From: Candidatus Dormiibacterota bacterium
GTDB taxonomy: Bacteria > Chloroflexota > Dormibacteria > CF-121
Assembly (NCBI GenBank): GCA_036390825.1
Contig: DASWBA010000135.1
Location: 17,783 to 81,782, forward strand
Direction: 5' to 3'
Length of the DNA: 64,000 nt
The translations under genes and the position numbers were made by a program. Below, in pieces: positions 1 to 8,836 of the stretch; the first letter of the stretch is position 1; each line of letters begins with the position of its first letter. The notes under the pieces were generated by a model. It ran no database searches. It was not told the origin of the DNA and saw only the letters and a program-made list of their open reading frames with translations.

Positions 1-351
1 GCGGTCGCCAGCCCGCTGCTGGAGACCTCGATCGACGGGGCTCGGGGCATCCTCTTCAACATCACCGGCGGAACTGACCTCACGCTGCACGAGGTCAACG
101 AGGCGGCCGAGATCGTGCGCGCCGCCGCCGACAAGGACGCCAACATCATCTTCGGGACGGTTATCGATGAAAAGATGTCCGGCGAGATCAAGATCACGGT
201 GGTCGCGACCGGCTTTGTGACCGGGGCCGAGACCAGCCGCGAGATCGACGAACCGTATAGCCGCCCGGCGCCGGTGGAGGAAGTTCCGGCCTACCGTGGC
301 TTCGATCCCTCGAATCTCGATATTCCCGCCTTCCTGCGGGGCCGCCGATAA
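1..351 (+). CDS. ftsZ: Cell division protein FtsZ, C-terminal fragment (gene starts upstream of the window)
   Basis: Frame 1 from position 1 reads AVASPLLETSIDGARGILFNITGGTDLTLHEVNEAAEIVRAAADKDANIIFGTVID..., matching the FtsZ C-terminal GTPase/linker region, with a stop at 349-351. The tracker ORF 115..351 is the internal-GTG-started part. Confidence 0.85.
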   Translation, partial: AVASPLLETSIDGARGILFNITGGTDLTLHEVNEAAEIVRAAADKDANIIFGTVIDEKMSGEIKITVVATGFVTGAETSREIDEPYSRPAPVEEVPAYRGFDPSNLDIPAFLRGRR

Positions 352-443
352 CCTCTGGCGAGGAGCGCCCCCTTCCCGCTCCTCGCCCTCGTCTTACCCG
401 GTCATCGCCCTCGTGGACACAATATCTGGGATACTGACCTGAG

Positions 444-908
444 ATGAAGTGTCCATATTGTGGTCACATCGACCTGAAGGTGGTCGATTCCCGGGACTCG
501 GACACCGGCGAATCGATCCGCCGGCGCCGTGAGTGCCTGCAGTGCACTAAGCGCTTCACCACCTACGAGCGGATCGAGACGGTCCCGCTCTATGTCATGA
601 AGAAGGATGGCCGCCGGGAGGACTTCGATCGCCAGAAGCTGTTCAGTGGCTTGATGAAGGCCACCACCAAGCGCGAGATCTCGCACAGCACGATCGAACG
701 GGTGGTCGACGAGATCGAGGCTGAGCTGCGAACCCGGGGCAAGGTCGACATCCCGTCCCGCGAAGTCGGCGAGCTGGTGATGGATAAGCTCCGTGGCCTC
801 GACGAGGTGGCTTATATCCGCTTCGCCTCCGTCTACCGCTCGTTCATGGACCTCCAGGAGGTCAAGCACGAGATCGACCAGCTCCTGAGCCGCGAAAAGC
901 GAGGCTGA
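444..908 (+). CDS. nrdR: Transcriptional repressor NrdR (zinc ribbon + ATP-cone)
   Basis: 154 aa. MKCPYCGH...DSRDS...RRRRECLQC zinc ribbon followed by an ATP-cone; full-length similarity to NrdR. Confidence 0.9.
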   Translation: MKCPYCGHIDLKVVDSRDSDTGESIRRRRECLQCTKRFTTYERIETVPLYVMKKDGRREDFDRQKLFSGLMKATTKREISHSTIERVVDEIEAELRTRGKVDIPSREVGELVMDKLRGLDEVAYIRFASVYRSFMDLQEVKHEIDQLLSREKRG

Positions 909-916
909 CCGACCCG

Positions 917-1648
917 ATGGTGGGGCTCGATACCGTCCTCAGCGTCGCCGGGTTTCCGGCGAAGCACGGCTTCAGCACGGTGGCCCTCGGCTCGATGGGA
1001 CTGACCGGCGCGGTTGATCCTGAGGCGGTGATCCAACGGCGGCAGCAACTCGCCGAACACGTGGGCTTCGACCTCGACCGCGCGCTGATGACCGTGCAGG
1101 AGCACGGCGCGAATGTCGCCACCTTTCACCGCCGGCAACCCGAGGGAGGCCAGTGCGTCTTCTCGACAGACGCGCTCGCGACCGACATTCCGGGCCAGGC
1201 CATCGTTACCTATCACGCCGACTGCTTCCCGCTGCTCTTCGTGGACACCAGCCGCGGGGCGGTCGCCGGCGCGCATGCCGGCTGGCGCGGGACCCTGGCG
1301 GGAGTCGCCACCAAGACCGTGCAGACGCTCCAGGTCGCCTACGGCTCCTGGCCCGGCCAGATCGATGTCTTGATCGGGCCCGGGATTTGTGGACGCTGCT
1401 ACCAGGTTGGCGACGACGTCGCGCAGCAGTTTTCGGCGCGATACGGCCGGGAGGATCGTTACCTCGCCGTGGACCGCGGGGAGGTCCGCCTCGACCTGGA
1501 GGCCGCGCTTCGGCTCCAGCTGGAGGACGTCGGCGTGGCTCCGCAGCGAATCCGAGGGGCCGGTTGGTGCACTCGCGAACAGGATCGGTGGTTTTCCCAC
1601 CGCGGTGGCCGGGTGGGCCGCTTCCTCTCGGTCGTGGTTGCGCCGTGA
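917..1648 (+). CDS. pgeF: YfiH/PgeF family laccase-domain protein (purine nucleoside phosphorylase / peptidoglycan editing factor)
   Basis: 243 aa DUF152-like sequence (HADCFPL..., GWRG motifs). It sits in the conserved position after ftsZ. Confidence 0.75.
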   Translation: MVGLDTVLSVAGFPAKHGFSTVALGSMGLTGAVDPEAVIQRRQQLAEHVGFDLDRALMTVQEHGANVATFHRRQPEGGQCVFSTDALATDIPGQAIVTYHADCFPLLFVDTSRGAVAGAHAGWRGTLAGVATKTVQTLQVAYGSWPGQIDVLIGPGICGRCYQVGDDVAQQFSARYGREDRYLAVDRGEVRLDLEAALRLQLEDVGVAPQRIRGAGWCTREQDRWFSHRGGRVGRFLSVVVAP

Positions 1649-1651
1649 CCG

Positions 1652-2329
1652 ATGCCTGACGTCCTCGACGCAAACCTCCGCCGGGTCCGTCAGGCCATCA
1701 CCCAAAGTGCCGAGCGCGTTGGGCGCGATCCTGGGGAGGTGGTGCTCGTCGCCGTCACCAAGACGCTGCCGGTCGGACGGATCCGCGAGGCGATCGGGCT
1801 GGGGCTGAAACAACTTGGCGAAAACCGGGTGCAGGAGGCGCTGCCCAAGATCGAGGAGATTGGTCTCGCCGATCTCGACTGGCACCTGATCGGCCACCTC
1901 CAAACGAACAAGGTCAAGTTCATCGAGGGCCGCTTTCGCATGGTGCAGTCGGTGGACAGCATGGCGCTGGCCGAGGCGCTCGATCGGCGCCTCGAGTTGC
2001 CGCTCGATGTCCTGATCGAAGTCAACGTGGCGGAAGAGCCCCAGAAGACCGGAGCCTTGCCGGCGGACTTGCCGGCGGTGGCCCGCGCCGTCAATGCGGC
2101 GCAGCATCTGCGGCTGCGCGGATTGATGACGGTGGCGCCGATGGTGGCCGACGGCGAACAGGTGCGGCCGGTTTTTCGGCAGCTCCGTTCGCTGCGCGAC
2201 GCAACGAGTCAGCAGCTCGGCGTGCCACTCCCGGTCCTCTCGATGGGGATGACGGACGATTACCCGATCGCCGTAGAGGAAGGCGCCACGATGCTACGAT
2301 TGGGCCGCGCGCTCTTCGGACCGCGCTAA
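1652..2329 (+). CDS. yggS: YggS family pyridoxal phosphate homeostasis protein (alanine racemase N-domain fold)
   Basis: 225 aa. VAVTKT...LIGHLQTNK...SMGMTDDY motifs typical of YggS/YlmE; conserved ftsZ-yfiH-yggS-yggT synteny. Confidence 0.85.
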   Translation: MPDVLDANLRRVRQAITQSAERVGRDPGEVVLVAVTKTLPVGRIREAIGLGLKQLGENRVQEALPKIEEIGLADLDWHLIGHLQTNKVKFIEGRFRMVQSVDSMALAEALDRRLELPLDVLIEVNVAEEPQKTGALPADLPAVARAVNAAQHLRLRGLMTVAPMVADGEQVRPVFRQLRSLRDATSQQLGVPLPVLSMGMTDDYPIAVEEGATMLRLGRALFGPR

Positions 2330-2336
2330 ACTTCTC

Positions 2337-2591
2337 TTGCATACCGCCATCAATTACCTCCACACCTTTGCGCAGGTCCTGATTTACCTGTTCATCTTTG
2401 CCATCTTTGTGCGCGCCGCCGCTTCCTGGTTCATCCGCGATTACCACGGCACGGTGATGGGATTCTTGGTGGATGTCACCGAGCCCATCCTGGGTCCGCT
2501 TCGCCGGGTCATTCCCACCGGCCTCGGCGTCGACTTTTCGCCCATGATCGCGATCGCGGTGCTCTACGTGCTCGGCCAGTTCCTCGGCTGA
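2337..2591 (+). CDS. yggT: YggT family membrane protein
   Basis: 84-aa two-TM protein; position and size match YggT/YlmG downstream of yggS. Confidence 0.65.
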   Translation: MHTAINYLHTFAQVLIYLFIFAIFVRAAASWFIRDYHGTVMGFLVDVTEPILGPLRRVIPTGLGVDFSPMIAIAVLYVLGQFLG

Positions 2592-2599
2592 CAACCGCG

Positions 2600-2782
2600 C
2601 TAGTGCAGGGTCCCCGGAGTACCTCGACGCTTCATCAGCCTACGCGGCCGACGGTGCTCGGCGTCGACGAACGCCTCAAACGCTCGCGTCGCACGCCTCG
2701 CGCGGCTCGCGTGGGCCGGCGGGCCCGGATCTCGACCGCCGATGCCGCGAATCGTCTTCGGTACCCGGAGACCCTGCACTAG
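2600..2782 (+). promoter_or_regulatory. Structured ileS leader bounded by a 23-24 nt terminal inverted repeat (possible riboregulator or MITE-like insertion)
   Basis: CTAGTGCAGGGTCCCCGGAGTACC at 2600-2623 is the near-perfect reverse complement of GGTACCCGGAGACCCTGCACTAG at 2760-2782 (11 perfect plus about 10 further pairs). The repeat encloses about 135 nt of GC-rich sequence with internal palindromes; the second arm ends 3 nt before the ileS TTG start. Confidence 0.5.
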
Positions 2783-2784
2783 AA

Positions 2785-5667
2785 TTGGCGTCCATGTTCC
2801 AGGAGGTTTCGACGCGCGCCAACTTCCCCGATATGGAAGCCGAGGTGCGTCGCTTCTGGAAGGAGCGGGACATCTTCGCCCGGAGCGTCAAGCAGCGCCA
2901 GGGCAAGCCGTCCTTCGTCTTCTACGAGGGCCCGCCAACCGCGAATGGACTTCCGGGCATTCATCACGTCCTGGCACGTGCGATGAAAGACCTGTTTCCA
3001 CGCTACAAGACCATGCGCGGCTTCTATTCAGAGCGCAAGGGTGGCTGGGACACTCATGGTCTGCCGGTCGAGATCGAAGTCGAGAAGCAGCTAAAACTGA
3101 ACGGCAAGCAGGACATCGAACGTTACGGCGTCGAGGCATTCAACAAGCTCTGCCGGGAGAGCGTCTTCAAGTACATCAACGAATGGGCCGAGATGACCGA
3201 GCAGATGGGCTTCTGGGTCGATCTCGAGCATGCCTACCGCACCTACGACACCTCCTACATGGAGACCGTCTGGTGGATTCTCAAGCAGCTCTGGGACAAG
3301 GAGCTGCTGTACGAGGGGTTCAAAGTCGTGCCCTATTGCCCGCACGATATGACGCCGCTGTCGAGCCACGAGCTTGGCTTGCCCGGCGGATACAGGGACG
3401 ACGTCGAGGACCCTTCGGTCTACGTGAAGTTCGAGCTCGAAGACGAACCGAACACCTACTTCCTCGCCTGGACGACCACCCCCTGGACGCTCCCCGGTAA
3501 CGTGGCGCTCGCGGTAGGGCTCGACATCCCCTATGTCCGGGTGCGCCAGGGCGGTGAGCAGTACATCCTGGCAAGAGCCCGGCTCTCCATGCTCCAGGGC
3601 GACTACGAGGTTGAGGCCGACGTCGATGCCAAGAGCCTCCTGGGCAAGCGATACAAGCCGCTGTACGAGTATCTGCTGCCCGACAAACCGGCTTTCTTCG
3701 TCGTCGATGCGGACTTCGTGTCGACCCAAGATGGCACGGGCATCGTCCACACGGCCGCCGCCTATGGCGTCGACGACCTCGACCTCGCCCTGAGGAAAGG
3801 GATCCCGGTTCGGCACGTCGTCGACCTGCAGGGTCGATTCCGGCCTGAAGTGACGCCGTTCGCCGGGCTGTTCGTGAAGAAGGCCGACCCCAAGATCATC
3901 GAGGACCTGACTACGCGAGGCCTGATGTATCGGGCGGAGACGATCCGCCACACCTACCCGTTTTGCTGGCGCTGCGGCTCGCCGCTGCTCTACTACGCGG
4001 TGACGTCCTGGTTCATCAAGACCACGGCGGTCAAAGACCAGATGATCCGCAACAACAACGCCATTAACTGGGTGCCCGCGTACATCAAGACGGGCCGCAT
4101 GGGCAACTGGCTCGAGTCGCTGGTCGACTGGTCGCTGTCGCGATGGCGGTACTGGGGAACCCCATTGCCGGTGTGGAAGTGTGAGAAATGTGACGACCGG
4201 CGCTGTATCGGATCGGTCGCCGAGCTGGGACTCACGCTCGAGGCCGACCTGCACCGCCCCTACATCGACCGGGTGACGCTGCCCTGCGAGAAATGCGGTG
4301 GCGTGATGCGTCGAGTGCCCGACCTGATCGACGTGTGGTTCGATTCCGGCGCCATGCCCATGGCGCAGTTCCACTACCCCTTCGAGAACGAGGATGTGTT
4401 CAAAGCCCGCTTCCCCGCCGACTTCATTGCCGAGGGCCTTGACCAGACTCGTGGCTGGTTTTTCAGCTTGCTGGCGGAGGGCACCATGTTGTTCGATCAG
4501 TCGTCGTACAAGAACGTGATCTGCACCAACCTGGTCCTCGACAAGCAGGGCCGGAAGATGAGCAAGTCGCTCAAGAACACGGTTGACCCGATCGAGATCA
4601 TGTCGAAATTCGGCGCCGACGCGACGCGCTGGTATTTTTACGCCTCGGTCGCGGTCGGCAACGAATACCGCTTCGACATCAGCGCCGTCCAGGATGTCGT
4701 GCGCCGCTTCCTCCTGATCCTGTGGAACACCTATTACTTCTTCACCAACTACGCGCGCCTCGACGGGTTCGAGCCAGGAGGCGAAGCGGTGCCGGTGAAG
4801 CAGCGCGCCGTCCTCGATCGCTGGCTGCTGGCTGAACTCGCGGCGGTCATGAAAGATGTCGAAGGGGCGCTGGACGCCTACGATCCCAACAGCTCGGCGC
4901 GCCGGCTCGAGGCGTTCGTCCTCGACCTGTCTACCTGGTATGTGAGACGGTCCCGCCGGCGCTTCTGGAAATCCGAATCCGATGCCGATAAGCGGAGCGC
5001 CTACCAGACGCTCTACCAGGTGATGGTCGCTCTCAGCCAGATGCTGGCGCCCTTCATGCCCTTCATCTCGGAAACGATCTACCAGAACCTGGCCGCCGGT
5101 AAGGATGGACGGCCCGAGAGCGTGCACCTGACGGATTGGCCGACTGTTCCTTCCGAATGGGCCGATGATGAGCTACACGAACAAATGGCGGCGGTACGGC
5201 GCCTGGTCGTCACCGGGCTGGCAGCTCGGAACGCAGCCGGCATCAAGGTCCGTCAGCCGCTGCGAGCGGTCACCATCGCCGAGAGGCCGCTCAAGCCGGA
5301 ACTGGAGAGCATCCTTTTAGAAGAGCTGAACATCAAGGCGGCCCGCTACCAGGGCGAAGGCGGTGGCCTGACGCTCGACACCGAGATCAGTCCCGAGCTC
5401 AAGCTTGAAGGCCTGGCCCGCGACCTGGTGCGGAAGATCCAGGAGCTGCGCAAGCAATCGGGCTTCTCGGTGGAAGACCGGATCCGCCTTTTCTACCAGG
5501 GTGACGGGATCCTCGCCGAGGCGCTCGAGCGCTGGCGCGACTACATCGCGACGGAAACGCTGGCGGTGGCCGTCGCGCGTGGCGAGGCCCCTGACGGCGC
5601 CTCCAGCGAAACGCTTCAGATCGAAGGGCACGACCTGCAGGTGAGCGTCGTCCGGGTGGCGCGCTGA
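2785..5667 (+). CDS. ileS: Isoleucine--tRNA ligase
   Basis: 960 aa. Class I aaRS motifs (PPTANGLPGIHHV HIGH-like, KMSKS), CP1 editing-domain similarity, C-terminal zinc-binding cysteines. Confidence 0.95.
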   Translation: MASMFQEVSTRANFPDMEAEVRRFWKERDIFARSVKQRQGKPSFVFYEGPPTANGLPGIHHVLARAMKDLFPRYKTMRGFYSERKGGWDTHGLPVEIEVEKQLKLNGKQDIERYGVEAFNKLCRESVFKYINEWAEMTEQMGFWVDLEHAYRTYDTSYMETVWWILKQLWDKELLYEGFKVVPYCPHDMTPLSSHELGLPGGYRDDVEDPSVYVKFELEDEPNTYFLAWTTTPWTLPGNVALAVGLDIPYVRVRQGGEQYILARARLSMLQGDYEVEADVDAKSLLGKRYKPLYEYLLPDKPAFFVVDADFVSTQDGTGIVHTAAAYGVDDLDLALRKGIPVRHVVDLQGRFRPEVTPFAGLFVKKADPKIIEDLTTRGLMYRAETIRHTYPFCWRCGSPLLYYAVTSWFIKTTAVKDQMIRNNNAINWVPAYIKTGRMGNWLESLVDWSLSRWRYWGTPLPVWKCEKCDDRRCIGSVAELGLTLEADLHRPYIDRVTLPCEKCGGVMRRVPDLIDVWFDSGAMPMAQFHYPFENEDVFKARFPADFIAEGLDQTRGWFFSLLAEGTMLFDQSSYKNVICTNLVLDKQGRKMSKSLKNTVDPIEIMSKFGADATRWYFYASVAVGNEYRFDISAVQDVVRRFLLILWNTYYFFTNYARLDGFEPGGEAVPVKQRAVLDRWLLAELAAVMKDVEGALDAYDPNSSARRLEAFVLDLSTWYVRRSRRRFWKSESDADKRSAYQTLYQVMVALSQMLAPFMPFISETIYQNLAAGKDGRPESVHLTDWPTVPSEWADDELHEQMAAVRRLVVTGLAARNAAGIKVRQPLRAVTIAERPLKPELESILLEELNIKAARYQGEGGGLTLDTEISPELKLEGLARDLVRKIQELRKQSGFSVEDRIRLFYQGDGILAEALERWRDYIATETLAVAVARGEAPDGASSETLQIEGHDLQVSVVRVAR

Positions 5668-5690
5668 CCCGGCTCCGCAGCTACTGGCTG

Positions 5691-6137
5691 TTGGCGGTGA
5701 TCGCCGCCGTTGTTGTCGTCGTCGACCGCATCACGAAGATCTACGTGGAGCGGCATTTCGGCGTTCCCTATGGGCCGCGCCAGGTCGTCGACCACGTGCT
5801 CTACCTCACGGTGACGCGCAACGCGGGAGCGGCCTTCGGCCTCTTTCAGAACTTCACCCTTGGCTTCCTGCTGATCTCGGCGGTGGTGATGGTCGCCATC
5901 CTTATCTATTACGGGCGATTGCCCGCAAGTGACTGGCCGGCCCGGCTTGGCCTGGCGCTCGTCTTCGGGGGCGCCATCAGTAACGCCTACGATCGGGGGG
6001 TCAAGGGATCGGTGATCGATTTCATCCAGGTGCCGCACTACCCGATCTTCAACGTGGCCGATTCGGCGATCACCGTCGGCGTGGCCGTGCTCGTGATCGG
6101 CACCGTCTGGCGGAGTGGCCGCTCGCGGCGCGCTTGA
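5691..6137 (+). CDS. lspA: Lipoprotein signal peptidase II; true start probably upstream (near-cognate CTG near 5664 overlapping the ileS stop)
   Basis: LspA motifs (NxGAAFG, ...NAYDR..., FNVAD). Residues LTRLRSYWLL encoded just upstream of the TTG complete TM1 and align with the E. coli LspA N-terminus. Confidence 0.8.
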   Translation: MAVIAAVVVVVDRITKIYVERHFGVPYGPRQVVDHVLYLTVTRNAGAAFGLFQNFTLGFLLISAVVMVAILIYYGRLPASDWPARLGLALVFGGAISNAYDRGVKGSVIDFIQVPHYPIFNVADSAITVGVAVLVIGTVWRSGRSRRA

Positions 6138-7045
6138 CCGAGGCGGCCCAGCACACGGTTCCGACCGACGCCCCTCGTCTCGATCAGTACCTGGCCGGCC
6201 TGCTTTCCGGCCAGAGCCGCAGCCAGGTGCATCGGTTGATCGTCGACGGCCACGTTCGTCTCAACGACGGCCCGGCGCGCGCGGCCAGCAGGCTGCACGC
6301 GGGTGATCGCCTCAGCTGGGAGGTGCCGGCCGCGGTGCCAACCCGGCTCGAGCCCGAAGCGATGGTTCTTCGCGTCCTCTACGAGGACGAGGACCTGCTT
6401 GTCATCGACAAGCCCGCGGGCCTGGTGGTCCATCCCGGCCCCGGCCATCCGACCGGCACGCTGGTCCACGGCTTGCTCGGCCGCGCTCCGGGCTGGTCGA
6501 CGATCGGCGGCGTGGAGCGCCCGGGCATCGTGCACCGGCTCGACCGGGACACGTCCGGCCTGATGGTGGTCGCGCGCAACGACCAGGCGCACCGCGAGCT
6601 GGCTCGCCAGCTGCAGCAGCGCATCATGACGCGCCGCTACCGCGCGATCGTGGTCGGCGAGGTGGCGGACGAGGCGGCCCGGATCGACGCCGCCATCGCC
6701 CGAGACCCGAAAAACCGGCAACGGATGGCCGTGGTCGCCGGTGGCCGCGAGGCCATCACCGAGTTCCGCCGACTCGCGGTGGCGGACGGTCACTCGCTGC
6801 TCGCGGTGACGCTGGGCACCGGCCGCACCCACCAGATCCGCGTTCATCTTGCATATATCCATAACCCGGTGCTGGGCGATCCCGTCTACGGTCGCCGCTC
6901 GCCGTTGATTGCCCGACCCGCCCTCCACGCGGACGCCCTGACGCTTCGCCACCCACGAACCGGGACGTCGATGAAATGGGAAAGCTCACCCCCGGAAGAT
7001 TTCGAATTGGCGTGGAATTCGCTGGCCCACCGTAAAATGCGGTGA
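6134..7045 (+). CDS. rluD: RluA-family 23S rRNA pseudouridine synthase (RluD-like) with S4 domain
   Basis: 303 aa. HRLDRDTSGLMVVARN catalytic motif and an N-terminal S4-like domain. Confidence 0.85.
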   Translation: MTEAAQHTVPTDAPRLDQYLAGLLSGQSRSQVHRLIVDGHVRLNDGPARAASRLHAGDRLSWEVPAAVPTRLEPEAMVLRVLYEDEDLLVIDKPAGLVVHPGPGHPTGTLVHGLLGRAPGWSTIGGVERPGIVHRLDRDTSGLMVVARNDQAHRELARQLQQRIMTRRYRAIVVGEVADEAARIDAAIARDPKNRQRMAVVAGGREAITEFRRLAVADGHSLLAVTLGTGRTHQIRVHLAYIHNPVLGDPVYGRRSPLIARPALHADALTLRHPRTGTSMKWESSPPEDFELAWNSLAHRKMR

Positions 7046-7049
7046 TCAG

Positions 7050-7637
7050 ATGACCCAGCCCAAGCAGGGGCTCTTGATCGTGATCTCCGGTCCAAGCGGA
7101 GTGGGGAAGGATACCGTTTTGCGGCGCCTCTTCGAGCTGGCGCCCCAGTTGAAATACTCGGTGTCGTACACGACGCGGGCGCCGCGTCCCGGCGAGGTTG
7201 ACGGCCACAGCTATACCTTCGTGTCGCAGCCGGAGTTCCTTCGCCTGATCGAGCAGAAGGAGTTCCTGGAGTGGGCCAGGGTCTACGACGAGTACTACGG
7301 CACCTCCCGCCGACGGGTCGAGGAAGCACTCGACCGGGGTGAGGACATCATCCTGAAGATCGACGTTCACGGCGCAACCTTCGTCCGCAAGCGCAAGCCT
7401 GAGGGGCTGTTCATCTTCATCACGCCGCCCTCGACCGAGGAGCTGTTGAGCCGCCTCACCGGCCGCAATACCGAGTCGCCGCAGGCGCTCGCGATCCGGC
7501 AGCGAGAGGCCCTGATCGAGCTCGGGCTGGCGAAGGACTACGAGCATGTGGTTTGCAATCGTGACATCGACGAGACGGCGCGCGAGATCCTGGCCATGAT
7601 CGCCGCGGAGCATACCCGCCGGCAAACGCCGGTATGA
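7050..7637 (+). CDS. gmk: Guanylate kinase
   Basis: 195 aa. P-loop ISGPSGVGKDT and full-length Gmk similarity. Confidence 0.9.
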   Translation: MTQPKQGLLIVISGPSGVGKDTVLRRLFELAPQLKYSVSYTTRAPRPGEVDGHSYTFVSQPEFLRLIEQKEFLEWARVYDEYYGTSRRRVEEALDRGEDIILKIDVHGATFVRKRKPEGLFIFITPPSTEELLSRLTGRNTESPQALAIRQREALIELGLAKDYEHVVCNRDIDETAREILAMIAAEHTRRQTPV

Positions 7638-8836
7638 GTGGCGGCCGTCTCAACGGGCGCCGCGTCGCTGTGGCGGTCAGCGGCGGCATCGCCGCCTACA
7701 AGGCGATCGAATGCATACGCCTGCTGACCGAAGCCGAGGCGGAGGTCCGGGTCCTCATGACGCCGGAGGCGACACGGTTTGTGACACCCCTCACCTTCGA
7801 AAGCGTCTCAGGCAACCCCGTCGCCGCCGATTGGCTGGCCGCAACCGGCGGTGGGGAAACGCACATCAAGCTGGCCGAATGGGCCGAGGTCATCGCCGTC
7901 GTGCCCGCCACCGCCAACACGATCGCCAGGCTCGCCCTCGGCATCGCGGATGAGATCGTGTCGGGCACGGTGCTGGCAAGCCGTGCCCCGCTCGTGATTG
8001 CCCCGGCGATGAACGACCTCATGTTCATGCATCAGCAAACGCAGGATCACCTGGCGTCGCTGCAGTCGCGACGCGCCGTGATCGTCGAGCCGGCGAGCGG
8101 CCGGTTGGCGTCGGGAAAGTTCGGGGTGGGCCGGCTGGCGGCGCCCGAGCGCATCATCGCCGTGCTCGAGGCCGTGCTCGCCAACCGGCGGAACTTCGAC
8201 GGCCTCCGCGTGGTGGTCAGCGCGGGGGGGACTCGTGAAGCCGTCGACCCGGTGCGCTACGTCGGGAATTTTTCCAGCGGCAAGATGGGGCGCGCCCTCG
8301 CCGAGGTGGCGGCGGCTCGCGGCGCGGCGGTCACCCTGGTCACGACGGTGGCCACCAACCCGGAAGGGATCCACGAGGTCGCGGTTGGGAGTGCCAAAGA
8401 GATGCTGGCCGCGCTCGAGCAGGCCTCCGCGGGCGCCGACGTCCTGGTGATGGCGGCTGCGGTGGCCGACTATGCACCGGACACGGTTGCGCCGGCGAAG
8501 CTTCGACGGACCGACAAGCCGATAGATCTCTACCTGCGGCCGAATGTCGATATCCTGAAATCGCTCGGACGCCGCCCCGGCCTGTTCCGGGTTGGCTTCG
8601 CGGCAGAGACGGAAGACCTTCGATCCCAGGCGCAACAGAAGCTCGATGCCAAGGACCTGGACATGATCGTCGCCAATCAGGTGGGCATCGACGGCCAGGG
8701 ACTCGCCAGCGATTACAACGCCGTCACCATCGTTGGTTCATCGGGTGTCGTGGCTGAGGTTCCGCGGCTGCCCAAGTGGGAGGTAGCCGGACGGATCTGG
8801 GATGCCATTGATGCCTGTCGCAACCGCGGCGCCTGA
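7634..8836 (+). CDS. coaBC: Bifunctional phosphopantothenoylcysteine decarboxylase / phosphopantothenate--cysteine ligase
   Basis: 400 aa. N-terminal flavoprotein domain (VAVSGGIAAYK) plus C-terminal DFP/CoaB domain; 4-nt overlap with gmk. Confidence 0.9.
   Translation: MSGGRLNGRRVAVAVSGGIAAYKAIECIRLLTEAEAEVRVLMTPEATRFVTPLTFESVSGNPVAADWLAATGGGETHIKLAEWAEVIAVVPATANTIARLALGIADEIVSGTVLASRAPLVIAPAMNDLMFMHQQTQDHLASLQSRRAVIVEPASGRLASGKFGVGRLAAPERIIAVLEAVLANRRNFDGLRVVVSAGGTREAVDPVRYVGNFSSGKMGRALAEVAAARGAAVTLVTTVATNPEGIHEVAVGSAKEMLAALEQASAGADVLVMAAAVADYAPDTVAPAKLRRTDKPIDLYLRPNVDILKSLGRRPGLFRVGFAAETEDLRSQAQQKLDAKDLDMIVANQVGIDGQGLASDYNAVTIVGSSGVVAEVPRLPKWEVAGRIWDAIDACRNRGA

Noticed and set aside
833-2107. 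Long minus-strand ORFs antisense to real genes: 833..2107, 3091..5127, 6038..6952, 9108..10778, 24738..26267, 40136..41929, 46274..47722, 62834..63724; and plus-strand ORFs 13922..15007 and 36694..38328 (the latter antisense to the GH15 gene)
   Set aside because: High-GC DNA yields long stop-free antisense and off-frame ORFs. Their translations are Arg/Ala/Pro/Gly-rich with no motifs, while the opposite or overlapping frame encodes a clearly homologous protein (ileS, priA, dnaK, glpX, prmC, GT4 and so on).
2592-2784. Calling the ileS leader a T-box riboswitch outright
   Set aside because: I could not find the conserved T-box 14-mer (AGGGUGGNACCGCG) or an obvious specifier loop by inspection. 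It is reported only as a structured leader with a terminal inverted repeat, pending a covariance-model scan.
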